This document shows, piece after piece, positions 1 to 7,728 of a DNA stretch of 64,000 nt; positions within the stretch are counted from its first letter, which is position 1, and the number at the start of each line of letters is the position of its first letter. Origin of the DNA: an uncultured virus (IMG/VR IMGVR_UViG_2838022645_000001) (lineage: Duplodnaviria > Heunggongvirae > Uroviricota > Caudoviricetes); the IMG/VR virus record IMGVR_UViG_2838022645_000001; one strand, given 5' to 3'. The position numbers and the translations under genes are program-made. Below the pieces are notes generated by a model, which ran no database searches, had not been told where the DNA came from, and saw only the letters and a list, made by a program, of their open reading frames with translations.

Positions 1-327
1 TTACTCGACGATTATTAGCGGCTGTTCTAGCGCCGTCTTTGGATCCATGTTTGGTTCGACGCGACCACTTCGCGCCAGGCGCTCATCGTTCGTGAACTTG
101 ATGATCGGATCGACTAGTTTCATTTTCTCATCGATCTTTGCCTTGAGGGTCGGCACGTCCCATGCGCCGACTTCGAACTCGATTGATGGCGCCTCCAGGA
201 ACTGATCCCAATGAGTTTTATTCTTGATTGTGGCTTTGTATCGAACTCCGCGCGTGCCGTTGAACGACGCGTCGAGTTTGATGGTCATGCCATTGGCTGT
301 TATTTCTGAAATAAGCTCTTCAAGCAT
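1..327 (-). CDS. Hypothetical protein
   Basis: ATG at 327 preceded by GAAGGAG SD and CACCAC tract; TAA at 1-3. Confidence 0.7.
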   Translation of the reverse strand: MLEELISEITANGMTIKLDASFNGTRGVRYKATIKNKTHWDQFLEAPSIEFEVGAWDVPTLKAKIDEKMKLVDPIIKFTNDERLARSGRVEPNMDPKTALEQPLIIVE

Positions 328-388
328 TTCTGTCTCCTTCTGTGGTGGTTGGTGGTGGTTATTTGCAAAAGAAACCAGACGAACCTGG

Positions 389-1288
389 CTACTCCTTCGC
401 GGGGTGAAGCTCTGGGTGTGCAGGACAGCATGAAATCTCGTGCCCAATCTCTCCGCATGCATCGCACGAAACCATTCGCGCTCGTCGCTGCCTTCCTCTT
501 TCAATCAAATCTTGCATGGCTTCTGGTGGCAGCATTAACAGTGTGACTTGTCGCCGTGGCGGCGCGTCTACCATACGAACTACGCATCCTTCTGTGGGTT
601 TGCTCGTAAATGTACGGAATGGCATTCCGCTATCAGTGGTCCCGGCCAAGACTGTGCAGACATCGCTCTCGCCTCCATCATTGTCGTTCGCTGGCGACTT
701 TCTTTTTGTACGCAACTGCACTCCATAATGGGATTCGTAGAATGCGTTATTGACAAAGTCCTGCACCTCATAAGCGCAGGACATAGCGTCGCGATATATT
801 TCTCGACCTGAGAATCTTAGGATGTGAAACCCTCTTGACTGAATTGCACGATCACGAACTTTGTCTCGCTCGACTTGTTCCTTTGTGGCGTGGTGGAATT
901 CATGCCCATCGCATTCTATCACGAGCCTGAGGTTTTGCGCTTCCTTGGAAAGTACGACAAAGTCGGCGCGGTACTTTCCTATCGAAAATTGCGGTATGAT
1001 CGCCGCGCCGGCTTCAGGTAAGTCGTCCTCCGAAGATGTTCGCTTTAACACCTTAAGAGGAATGGTGTCGTACAACTTAAACTGAAGTCCGACGGCGACA
1101 AGGAGTTGCGCCTCAATCGGGCTGTCGGTGGAAGTTATGGCGCCATCGTCGCAAAGCTCCCCATCCTGAAGTGCTCCATGAACCCAGTTGAACAAAAACG
1201 ATTGAGCGCCATCAAGTATAGGTGCGGCTAGATCACACGTATCCGCCCTCCACGTATCGTCTATCTTTCTGCCCAGCCTAGCCATCAT
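389..1288 (-). CDS. DUF559/Vsr-like endonuclease domain protein
   Basis: QFSIGKYRADF...IECDGHEFH...RDRAIQSRGFHILRFSG motif; start overlaps the integrase stop. Confidence 0.8.
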   Translation of the reverse strand: MMARLGRKIDDTWRADTCDLAAPILDGAQSFLFNWVHGALQDGELCDDGAITSTDSPIEAQLLVAVGLQFKLYDTIPLKVLKRTSSEDDLPEAGAAIIPQFSIGKYRADFVVLSKEAQNLRLVIECDGHEFHHATKEQVERDKVRDRAIQSRGFHILRFSGREIYRDAMSCAYEVQDFVNNAFYESHYGVQLRTKRKSPANDNDGGESDVCTVLAGTTDSGMPFRTFTSKPTEGCVVRMVDAPPRRQVTLLMLPPEAMQDLIERGRQRRARMVSCDACGEIGHEISCCPAHPELHPAKE

Positions 1289-2454
1289 CCTTCCCTCCTC
1301 TTCCTGTCCAGATCAGTCCGCTTGCCCATGCCCTCGGCGAACCTGCCTGACCACGCCAACGGATCATCAAGCCACGGAAGCCGAGCCCACGTCTCTGGCA
1401 CGGGCAGTTTATTGATGGCCTCGATCAGCGGCGCCTGCGGCACGTTGGTGTAATGGCGGCTCATGTCGTCCGCAGCGTGGCCCAGGATCTGATCCTTGAT
1501 ATGCGGGTGAACGCCGGCAACTACCAATCCAGTCGAGCAAGAGTGGCGCCCAGTGTACGGCGCTATATCCCTAATGCCAGACCTTCTGCGAGCTCCGTTG
1601 ATTGCCGTCTTCAGTCCGCCGCCGCCCTCGCCATCTATGTCTGTCACGATCGTGCCGTATGGCTCGCCCTTCGGCGTGCGGAAGAGGCGCGCGTCTTCGG
1701 CAAGCGAATTACGCTTGAGCAAGGCTTCGAGGATGGGCGCTATGAATTCATGGATAGGTATACCACGCGGCTCGCCGGTCTTTGTCTTCGTCAGCGTGAT
1801 CCATCGGCCAGCAATGTTCACCTCCTGCGCTTCGAGTGCAAAAATCTCGATCGGCCGCATACCGGTGTAGAAGAGCGTCGTCATGAGCATGGCGGGGCCA
1901 GGAGACATGGCCGCGATGAACTTTGCTGCGTGCTCGTAGTCGACCGGGAACGTGCCTGCGCGGCGCTTGGCAATGCGGACGACATTGGTGCCCTTGACCT
2001 TCTTCGGTCGCGACCACAGCCGCATTTCCGCCCATCCGTTCTTTACGGCGTGGTTCCAGACCGCAATGAACGGCGTGTAGCATTGCCGGTTGCGCGTCTC
2101 TGGCAGTGCGGTCGGGTAAAGGGCGCGCGCCGCCTCATCGAGATCGTTCTGCTGGATGTCCTTGAGGGGCTTCTTTTCGAAGTGGGCAAAGAGGCCGGAT
2201 GGCGGCTTGCCATATCGAATTCCGAGATACTTAGTCTCGCCGCCGGCTTTTATGTACGACTTGACTGCATCGCCGAATGTACGCGTGGCTTTCGGCCCGA
2301 ATACCTTGTCGCTGGTTATGCTCGCGATCGTTTTTGCGAGGATGGCTTCGGCGACTTCTTTTTCACTAGTTCCTGTAGTTCGGCGTACAGATTGTTTGAG
2401 ATGGGAGCCGCTGATCCACCAGACGTCACCACGCTTGTAGAGCTTGAGGGGCAT
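1285..2454 (-). CDS. int: Tyrosine integrase
   Basis: TGMRPIE (Arg), YTGRH, LGH and RHY catalytic motifs; 389 aa. Confidence 0.93.
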   Translation of the reverse strand: MPLKLYKRGDVWWISGSHLKQSVRRTTGTSEKEVAEAILAKTIASITSDKVFGPKATRTFGDAVKSYIKAGGETKYLGIRYGKPPSGLFAHFEKKPLKDIQQNDLDEAARALYPTALPETRNRQCYTPFIAVWNHAVKNGWAEMRLWSRPKKVKGTNVVRIAKRRAGTFPVDYEHAAKFIAAMSPGPAMLMTTLFYTGMRPIEIFALEAQEVNIAGRWITLTKTKTGEPRGIPIHEFIAPILEALLKRNSLAEDARLFRTPKGEPYGTIVTDIDGEGGGGLKTAINGARRRSGIRDIAPYTGRHSCSTGLVVAGVHPHIKDQILGHAADDMSRHYTNVPQAPLIEAINKLPVPETWARLPWLDDPLAWSGRFAEGMGKRTDLDRKRREG

Positions 2455-2648
2455 CGTAGAATGTCCTTTATAGACTCGATATCGCTATCGGTTAACAGAA
2501 TATCCCTGCCGCGCACCATGCAGAAGCCGTGTTGCTTGGCAATCTTGGCAACGCCACGGTTGGTCAGGCGAAGGTGGTCCGCGGCCTCGGCAAGGGTGTA
2601 TACCTTGCCGAGCGGGCTGTTGTCGTTTGCCGGTTGGCGGGTGCTCAC
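2316..2648 (-). CDS. xis: Excisionase-like HTH protein overlapping the int 5' end
   Basis: YTLAEAADHLRLTNRGV HTH_17-like motif; GTG start at 2648 with GGAGGT SD. Confidence 0.7.
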   Translation of the reverse strand: MSTRQPANDNSPLGKVYTLAEAADHLRLTNRGVAKIAKQHGFCMVRGRDILLTDSDIESIKDILRCPSSSTSVVTSGGSAAPISNNLYAELQELVKKKSPKPSSQKRSRA

Positions 2649-2806
2649 CGCAACACCTCCCGAACGCCACCTTCCAAGCCGCCGGCGGGCGGCTGGTACG
2701 ACTGACAGCCAGCCAGCGAGACAGCTGCCAAAGCCAGCAGCCCCCAAATCAACAGCGTGAGCGGCAGGCCAATGAACATACCTCTGGCGAATTTGTCATC
2801 AGTCAT
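2645..2806 (-). CDS. Small predicted lipoprotein (53 aa, absent from ORF track)
   Basis: Manual translation MTDDKFARGMFIGLPLTLLIWGLLALAAVSLAGC-QSYQPPAGG...; LAGC lipobox; stop overlaps xis start. Confidence 0.65.
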   Translation of the reverse strand: MTDDKFARGMFIGLPLTLLIWGLLALAAVSLAGCQSYQPPAGGLEGGVREVLR

Positions 2807-2820
2807 GACGCGGCCGCCCA

Positions 2821-3087
2821 TCACGCAGCCCGCCCGTTATCATTCGCCACCTGCCGCAGGCGCGCAGCGATCTTCTCGTGCCGGCCCTGGCGCTCGCGGC
2901 CGAACCGGTCGCGCTCATGCCAACGGGCAACGGCGATAAGGCGCTCGGCGGGTGCGCCATGCGTCACGGTGAGGCCGTCGACGACTTCCGTGCCGGAGCC
3001 GGTGTACGGCGGCTTGGGAGAGGGCGCGTAGGCGGGGGTGGTTGTTGCTGTCTGGGAGCGGGGCGCGGTGGTTTGTCTTCTGGTCAT
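2821..3087 (-). CDS. Hypothetical protein ending ANDNGRAA
   Basis: ATG at 3087 with GAAGGAG SD and CACCAC. Confidence 0.7.
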   Translation of the reverse strand: MTRRQTTAPRSQTATTTPAYAPSPKPPYTGSGTEVVDGLTVTHGAPAERLIAVARWHERDRFGRERQGRHEKIAARLRQVANDNGRAA

Positions 3088-3187
3088 GGGTGTCTCCTTC
3101 TCGTGGTGGTGGAATTGGTAAGAGCGCGGCACGGAAACGAATAGTTGCAGCCATCATCACCGGCCGCGCCCTATTGCCCTTTGGCAA

Positions 3188-4226
3188 TTAGTAATTCTCG
3201 GCCTCGATGCGGCTGATAAAGAAGTGAATGCCAGGCGCGCACTCCTCCATCCAGTTTTCGTCGAAGCTATCCGGCGTCTCACGCTGGCCGACGCGGTATT
3301 CAGTTTTGTAGTCGTGCTGGCTGATGGCGACATCTGCGCCAATGATCTCGATGACATCTGCGAATTCGGCGCGGCACTTGCGGCCAAAGGCGTGAGACCG
3401 TTTTGCCTCCTCGGGAATGCGCAACTTGACGATGACGCCATTCTGGCACTTCTTCCAGCCAATGATGCTGCCTTCCGGCAAGATGCGAGTTTGCGCGATC
3501 GGTAGCTCAGCGTTTTTCGCCTCGCCCAGGTTGNNNNNNNNNNNNNNNNNNNNNNNNNNNNNNNNNNNNNNNNNNNNNNNNNNNNNNNNNNNNNNNNNNN
3601 NNNNNNNNNNNNNNNNNNNNNNNNGACAGGTTGGCGCTGCGCAGGTCGGCGCTGCGCAGGTCGGCGCCGTACAGGTTGGCGCCGTACAGGTTGGCGCTGC
3701 GCAGGTTGGCGCTGCCCAGGTTGGCGCTGCGCAGGTCGGCGCTGCCCAGGTTGGCGCTGCCCAGGTTGGCGCTGCGCAGGTCGGCGCTGCGCAGGTCGGC
3801 GCCGTACAGGTTGGCGCCGTACAGGTTGGCGCTGCGCAGGTTGGCGCTGCCCAGGTCGGCGCTGCGCAGGTCGGCGCTGCGCAGGTCGGCGCCGTACAGG
3901 TTGGCGCCGTACAGGTTGGCGCTGCGCAGGTCGGCGCCGTACAGGTTGGCGCCGTACAGGTCGGCGCTGCGCAGGTCGGCGCCGTACAGGTTGGCGCTGC
4001 GCAGGTCGGCGCTGCGCAGGTTGGCGCCGTACAGGTTGGCGCCGTACAGGTCGGCGCTGCGCAGGTCGGCGCCGTACAGGTTGGCGCTGCGCAGGTCTTT
4101 CTTTTCCTTGATCGCCCACTTCACCGCAAGGCCAAGCTTGACAGAAGGAATGGTGGTTGCGTCACAGTCGATTTCAGCCGTCACCTGCACTTCGCCGGTG
4201 AATCTGTTCAGGATATCGAAATTCAT
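3188..4226 (-). CDS. Pentapeptide-repeat protein with C-terminal DUF5758-like domain, interrupted by an assembly gap
   Basis: A[DN]L[RYG][SG] repeats; C-terminal IGWKKC...IVKLRIP...RKCRAEFA; N run at 3534-3624. Confidence 0.85.
3625..4096 (-). repeat. 15-bp tandem repeat array encoding pentapeptides
   Basis: About 31 units of (T/C)GGCGC(T/C)G(C/T)(G/A/C)CAGGT, continuing into the gap. Confidence 0.95.
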
Positions 4227-4258
4227 TGGTGGTCTCCTCTTGGTATGGTGGTGGTTGG

Positions 4259-4363
4259 TCAGTGATGCTGCACGATATACGGCAGCCAGATGGATACGGC
4301 GGCGACGAAGGCGCCGGCCGACGCTGCGCCGATCAGATCCTTGATGAAATCGCGGAGGGTCAT
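4259..4363 (-). CDS. Small membrane peptide (34 aa)
   Basis: Manual translation MTLRDFIKDLIGAASAGAFVAAVSIWLPYIVQHH; ATGA coupling to upstream gene. Confidence 0.5.
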   Translation of the reverse strand: MTLRDFIKDLIGAASAGAFVAAVSIWLPYIVQHH

Positions 4364-4683
4364 TGGCCGCCTCCGTGCTTGGCTAGGAGGGCCACGGCCG
4401 CATTAAGGAACTGGAGGTCGGGACGCTTGCCGTCCACTGATAAGATGAGACCTGCATCGACGCCAGACTGGACAGTCTCAACCAGATCGCGCAGACCGGC
4501 AAGCAACTCGTCGGTTGCCGCCAGCGCTTCCTGCATCCTTTTGAATGGGGCAAGGTCTGTTGGGTCGTATTCAACCCATCGGCGCTGGTCGTCGTCAGAT
4601 ATTCGTTCCAGGTCCTTGTAGCCAGCGCCCTCGAAAAAGGCGTGTCGCAAGCAGGACGAGAAGGTCAATAGCGGCGATTTCAT
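4360..4683 (-). CDS. Hypothetical protein
   Basis: ATGA-coupled ORF in the leftward operon. Confidence 0.65.
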   Translation of the reverse strand: MKSPLLTFSSCLRHAFFEGAGYKDLERISDDDQRRWVEYDPTDLAPFKRMQEALAATDELLAGLRDLVETVQSGVDAGLILSVDGKRPDLQFLNAAVALLAKHGGGQ

Positions 4684-4877
4684 TCCTCACCGCCAATCTC
4701 AGCCAGCACACGGCCCGGCTTCTGGCGGCGCAACGCAAAACGGCCGCGGCAATCTACATTGCGCGGCTTCGGGTGGCGTTTGGCTTTATGGTCAGGCTTG
4801 CGGAAGGGCTCGACACTGCCGGCAGCGAATGCCAGCGGCACGTGGTCTTCCTGTTCGATAAATCTTCTGCCTTGCAT
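4680..4877 (-). CDS. Hypothetical protein, first gene of the leftward operon
   Basis: CACCACTGAGGAG SD before ATG at 4877. Confidence 0.65.
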   Translation of the reverse strand: MQGRRFIEQEDHVPLAFAAGSVEPFRKPDHKAKRHPKPRNVDCRGRFALRRQKPGRVLAEIGGEE

Positions 4878-4922
4878 TGTCGTCTCCTCAGTGGTGACAG
4901 CCAAGGTGCGGCTGTGAGGAGA

Positions 4923-4961
4923 CTTATAAGCACTTATAGCAAGCGTGTCAACTGTGATTGT
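4923..4961 (-). promoter_or_regulatory. PL-like promoter with putative CI operator
   Basis: Minus strand TTGACA-17-TATAAG, overlapped by ACAA-N6-TTGA (4948-4961). Confidence 0.65.
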
Positions 4962-4964
4962 GAA

Positions 4965-5714
4965 TTAAGCATATTTTCCAGAAAGTATGATCGGATGCAC
5001 GCTTATGACCTTGCCTCGATCGAATTCGATTCGCTTCTGCGGGTTGTGCTGCTGCAGTACAAGCTTATTGCCGGTCCAGCCGACGAACTCCTTAATGAAG
5101 CCGTGGGGAGCCGCGCCTTCCTCGCCCGGCTTGATCTGCACGATCACGTCATCGCCTCGGCGGGGCGGCTTGTTCGGGTGGACATAGACCGTCTCGCCGG
5201 GCCGATACCGCGGCGACATCGACTCGCCGTCGACATAGACGCTATAGGCGCCATTGACGTTCACGAGCAAGGGCGGGCAGGCGACCCAGTCCTGCACCTG
5301 GCCGTTAAAAATGTACTCGCCGTCATCACCTCCGACGACCTCGCCGAGAACCGGAATCATCTTGCCGGGCCGCGTAAATGGTACGACTTCCACCATCTTG
5401 GCGTTCGGCACCGGCGAGTCGTCATCCGTGATCACGCCGGGAGGAAATGCCGAACTCGGCGTCAGCGGCGATAGCGGCGGCAGTTTCGTCTTGCGGTCCG
5501 GATCGCGACCAGCCTCGATCATCATCTCGCGCATCTCGTCTTCGTCGATCAGCAGCATGCGCGCGATCTCGCGCCAATAGCTGGATGACTTGGCCCTACC
5601 GTTGAAGAGGTTGTTGACCGCCTGCTGCGTGATTTGCAGCTCGCGAGAAATGTCGGCCTGAGTGACGCCGGTCTTCTTGGACTGCTCATGTAACTTTTCT
5701 GTCAATCGAGACAT
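4965..5714 (-). CDS. cI: CI-like repressor (HTH + S24 autopeptidase)
   Basis: QADISRELQITQQAVNNLF HTH; GESMSP serine and FIKEF lysine present. Confidence 0.92.
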   Translation of the reverse strand: MSRLTEKLHEQSKKTGVTQADISRELQITQQAVNNLFNGRAKSSSYWREIARMLLIDEDEMREMMIEAGRDPDRKTKLPPLSPLTPSSAFPPGVITDDDSPVPNAKMVEVVPFTRPGKMIPVLGEVVGGDDGEYIFNGQVQDWVACPPLLVNVNGAYSVYVDGESMSPRYRPGETVYVHPNKPPRRGDDVIVQIKPGEEGAAPHGFIKEFVGWTGNKLVLQQHNPQKRIEFDRGKVISVHPIILSGKYA

Positions 5715-5777
5715 TAAAAATTGCTCCTATTTATCAATTGCTTATCACAATCATAATCAAAACACAACAGAAAGCAC

Positions 5778-5810
5778 TTGCACAATCAATTGAGTCGTGG
5801 CATTCATATG
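5778..5810 (+). promoter_or_regulatory. PR-like promoter with putative CI operator
   Basis: TTGCAC -35 overlapped by ACAA-TCAA-TTGA (5782-5793), divergent from cI. Confidence 0.5.
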
Positions 5811-6045
5811 CTCATCAACCAGGCGCCGAACGGGTCAGACAAGGAGGTCTCCGATGCTGGCATTTCTCGACGACAGAAGAGTTTAGTGTAGCTGCGTTTC
5901 AACCGGTGGTATACCCACCATATTTTCACAGGGCATCATTTTCAGATACCGCCATTTCAGGGAGTGCATCATGCGGCAAACCAAGAAAGAAACCACCGTC
6001 AGAAGAGTTTTAGCGCCGAAGGGGCGCGCACCGCCGAGAAGAAGA

Positions 6046-6075
6046 GGGCCGCCATGAGGGCGGCCTTTCCTTTTT
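6046..6075 (+). terminator. Intrinsic terminator
   Basis: GGCCGCC-atgag-GGCGGCC followed by TTTCCTTTTT. Confidence 0.75.
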
Positions 6076-6332
6076 ATAGAAGCACCTGATGGAGGGGAAT
6101 TTGAGAAAGATCCACAACAAGCCGACATAAAAATAGCGCCGCTGGCTTATGCCTGCAGGCGCTTTTCTGTGTTTCCGGTTCGGGCCGCTTCCGCGAGCCA
6201 ACCCGAAGGCCAGCACCACCTGCTAAGGCTCGCAGAAAGCAGCTCGTACTATCTCGGGGGAGGAGACTTGCGGTCAAACCCCGGAGTTCCATATCGCCAC
6301 CACAGCGACGTGGGATGTCTACCAAACATCTC

Positions 6333-6342
6333 ACAAATTTGT
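6333..6342. promoter_or_regulatory. ACAAATTTGT box 1 (leftward TTGACA)
   Basis: Exact palindrome, one of nine copies. Confidence 0.75.
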
Positions 6343-6386
6343 CAAGCGCATTCTTGCCGCTCTCGCGACCGCGTCACGCGCCAGCG

Positions 6387-7007
6387 TCAGCCGGCAGGAA
6401 TCCGCTCAGAAAGGACAATGGCATGCACGGCTTCGACATCGCGAACATTCACCGGCTGCCCAGCGTCGCGCGTCAGGCTAGCCGTGCCATTGCCCAGCGA
6501 CTGCAGCCGGCCGAGCCATGCCGATCCCCCCTTGGCATGCACCAGCACTTCATGGCCTGGCTTCGGCCAGACGCCTGGATCCACCCACGCGCGGGTGCCG
6601 ACGGGCAGCGCCGGCTCCATGACCTTCGTATCGATGTCGATCCAGTATCGGCCTTCCGGAATGCGCTTGCGGCCGTTGTTGAAAGCTTCGAACGCATATT
6701 TGCCGTCTTTTCGATCGCTGACGCGACCATAAGTCTTGGCCGTATTGAAGACGCCGGTTCTCGGCACCGGCGAGGCAGCTGCTTGCCGCGCCTCGATCAC
6801 CAGCGCCTCGAGCTCGTCGTGCGTCACGCCGAGGAATTCGGCAAGCGAGGCATACATATCGGGCCGCGGCGTGCCGCCGTTCTTCCATCTGTTGTAGGTC
6901 TGCTGCAGCCAGCCGTGGCGCTCGGCGACTTCGCGATCGGAATCGCCGCCCTGCTTTTCAATAATCAATCGCGCCAGGCGAGTTCTTTGTTTTTGCTGAC
7001 GCGGCAT
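6387..7007 (-). CDS. Second repressor-like protein (XRE HTH + degenerate S24-like domain)
   Basis: DREVAERHGWLQQTYNRWKNG HTH; TKVMEP and WLGRL in place of the catalytic SM and K motifs. Confidence 0.8.
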   Translation of the reverse strand: MPRQQKQRTRLARLIIEKQGGDSDREVAERHGWLQQTYNRWKNGGTPRPDMYASLAEFLGVTHDELEALVIEARQAAASPVPRTGVFNTAKTYGRVSDRKDGKYAFEAFNNGRKRIPEGRYWIDIDTKVMEPALPVGTRAWVDPGVWPKPGHEVLVHAKGGSAWLGRLQSLGNGTASLTRDAGQPVNVRDVEAVHAIVLSERIPAG

Positions 7008-7056
7008 ATTACACCTTGCGCATAAGGAGATGTTTACACTACACCTAAACTCACTA

Positions 7057-7066
7057 ACAAATTTGT
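7057..7066. promoter_or_regulatory. ACAAATTTGT box 2, between second repressor and cro-like gene
   Basis: Exact palindrome in a divergent intergenic region. Confidence 0.8.
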
Positions 7067-7105
7067 CAAGCAACCAGCTTGGCAGATTCACCACAGAGGA
7101 GACAC

Positions 7106-7438
7106 ATGGAACCGACAGAAATGATGCGCTCGCTGAGAGCGCAAAAGCTCTCGCTGCGCGAAATCGCAGACAGATTGGGCGTCAGCCACCAGACCGTTTT
7201 CTACGCCCTCGGCGGCAAGCGTAGCAAAACACCGAAACGCACCGCAGCCAATGACAACAGTACGGCCGGCCGTGTAGTCCGCCTGTCTCCATGGAACGGC
7301 GGCTGCTCGACGACGAGCGGCATGGCGCCGGTCACCGTGCCGCATATTCCCACCCTGGACACGGCCGAAGTCGAGCCGTCGGACCGTGAGCTGCTGCTGG
7401 CAGGCCTGCAGGTGGCATCGCAGCAGGTGGCGGCATGA
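7106..7438 (+). CDS. Cro-like HTH protein
   Basis: LSLREIADRLGVSHQTVFYAL; divergent from the repressor; CACCACAGAGGAG SD. Confidence 0.75.
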   Translation: MEPTEMMRSLRAQKLSLREIADRLGVSHQTVFYALGGKRSKTPKRTAANDNSTAGRVVRLSPWNGGCSTTSGMAPVTVPHIPTLDTAEVEPSDRELLLAGLQVASQQVAA

Positions 7439-7728
7439 CGGAGCAGTGCGAATGCGAATACTTCAACTTCGGCGACTTCGTGCGGTCGCGCCAAAACCCG
7501 CACCTGACCGGCCAGATCATCGGCGAGCGCAGCTGGGGTGAGGAATACCAGGTTCGCCTTGCCGACGGCGCCAGCATCATCTGGTGGTTCGCCGCCGAGA
7601 TCGAGCACGATCCTGGCTACGAGCCCACACCGGCCAAGTCCGAAGAGCAGCCCAGCAACGTGATCGCCGTGGACTTCACCAAGCCGCGCGCGCTCAAGAA
7701 ATCCACCAAGACAGCAGGGGAGGCATGA
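7435..7728 (+). CDS. Hypothetical protein (SH3-like FNFGDFVR start)
   Basis: ATGA-coupled ORF. Confidence 0.7.
   Translation: MTEQCECEYFNFGDFVRSRQNPHLTGQIIGERSWGEEYQVRLADGASIIWWFAAEIEHDPGYEPTPAKSEEQPSNVIAVDFTKPRALKKSTKTAGEA

Noticed and set aside
1453..2760. Long plus-strand ORF opposite int (likewise 32418-33290, 34305-35180, 41062-42444)
   Set aside because: Antisense shadows of real genes in GC-rich DNA; no SD or recognisable motifs
3534..3624. Frameshift or pseudogene in the pentapeptide gene
   Set aside because: The frame change coincides with an N gap of estimated length
3625..4096. Tandem repeats as a CRISPR array
   Set aside because: 15-bp units abut with no unique spacers and encode an in-frame pentapeptide protein
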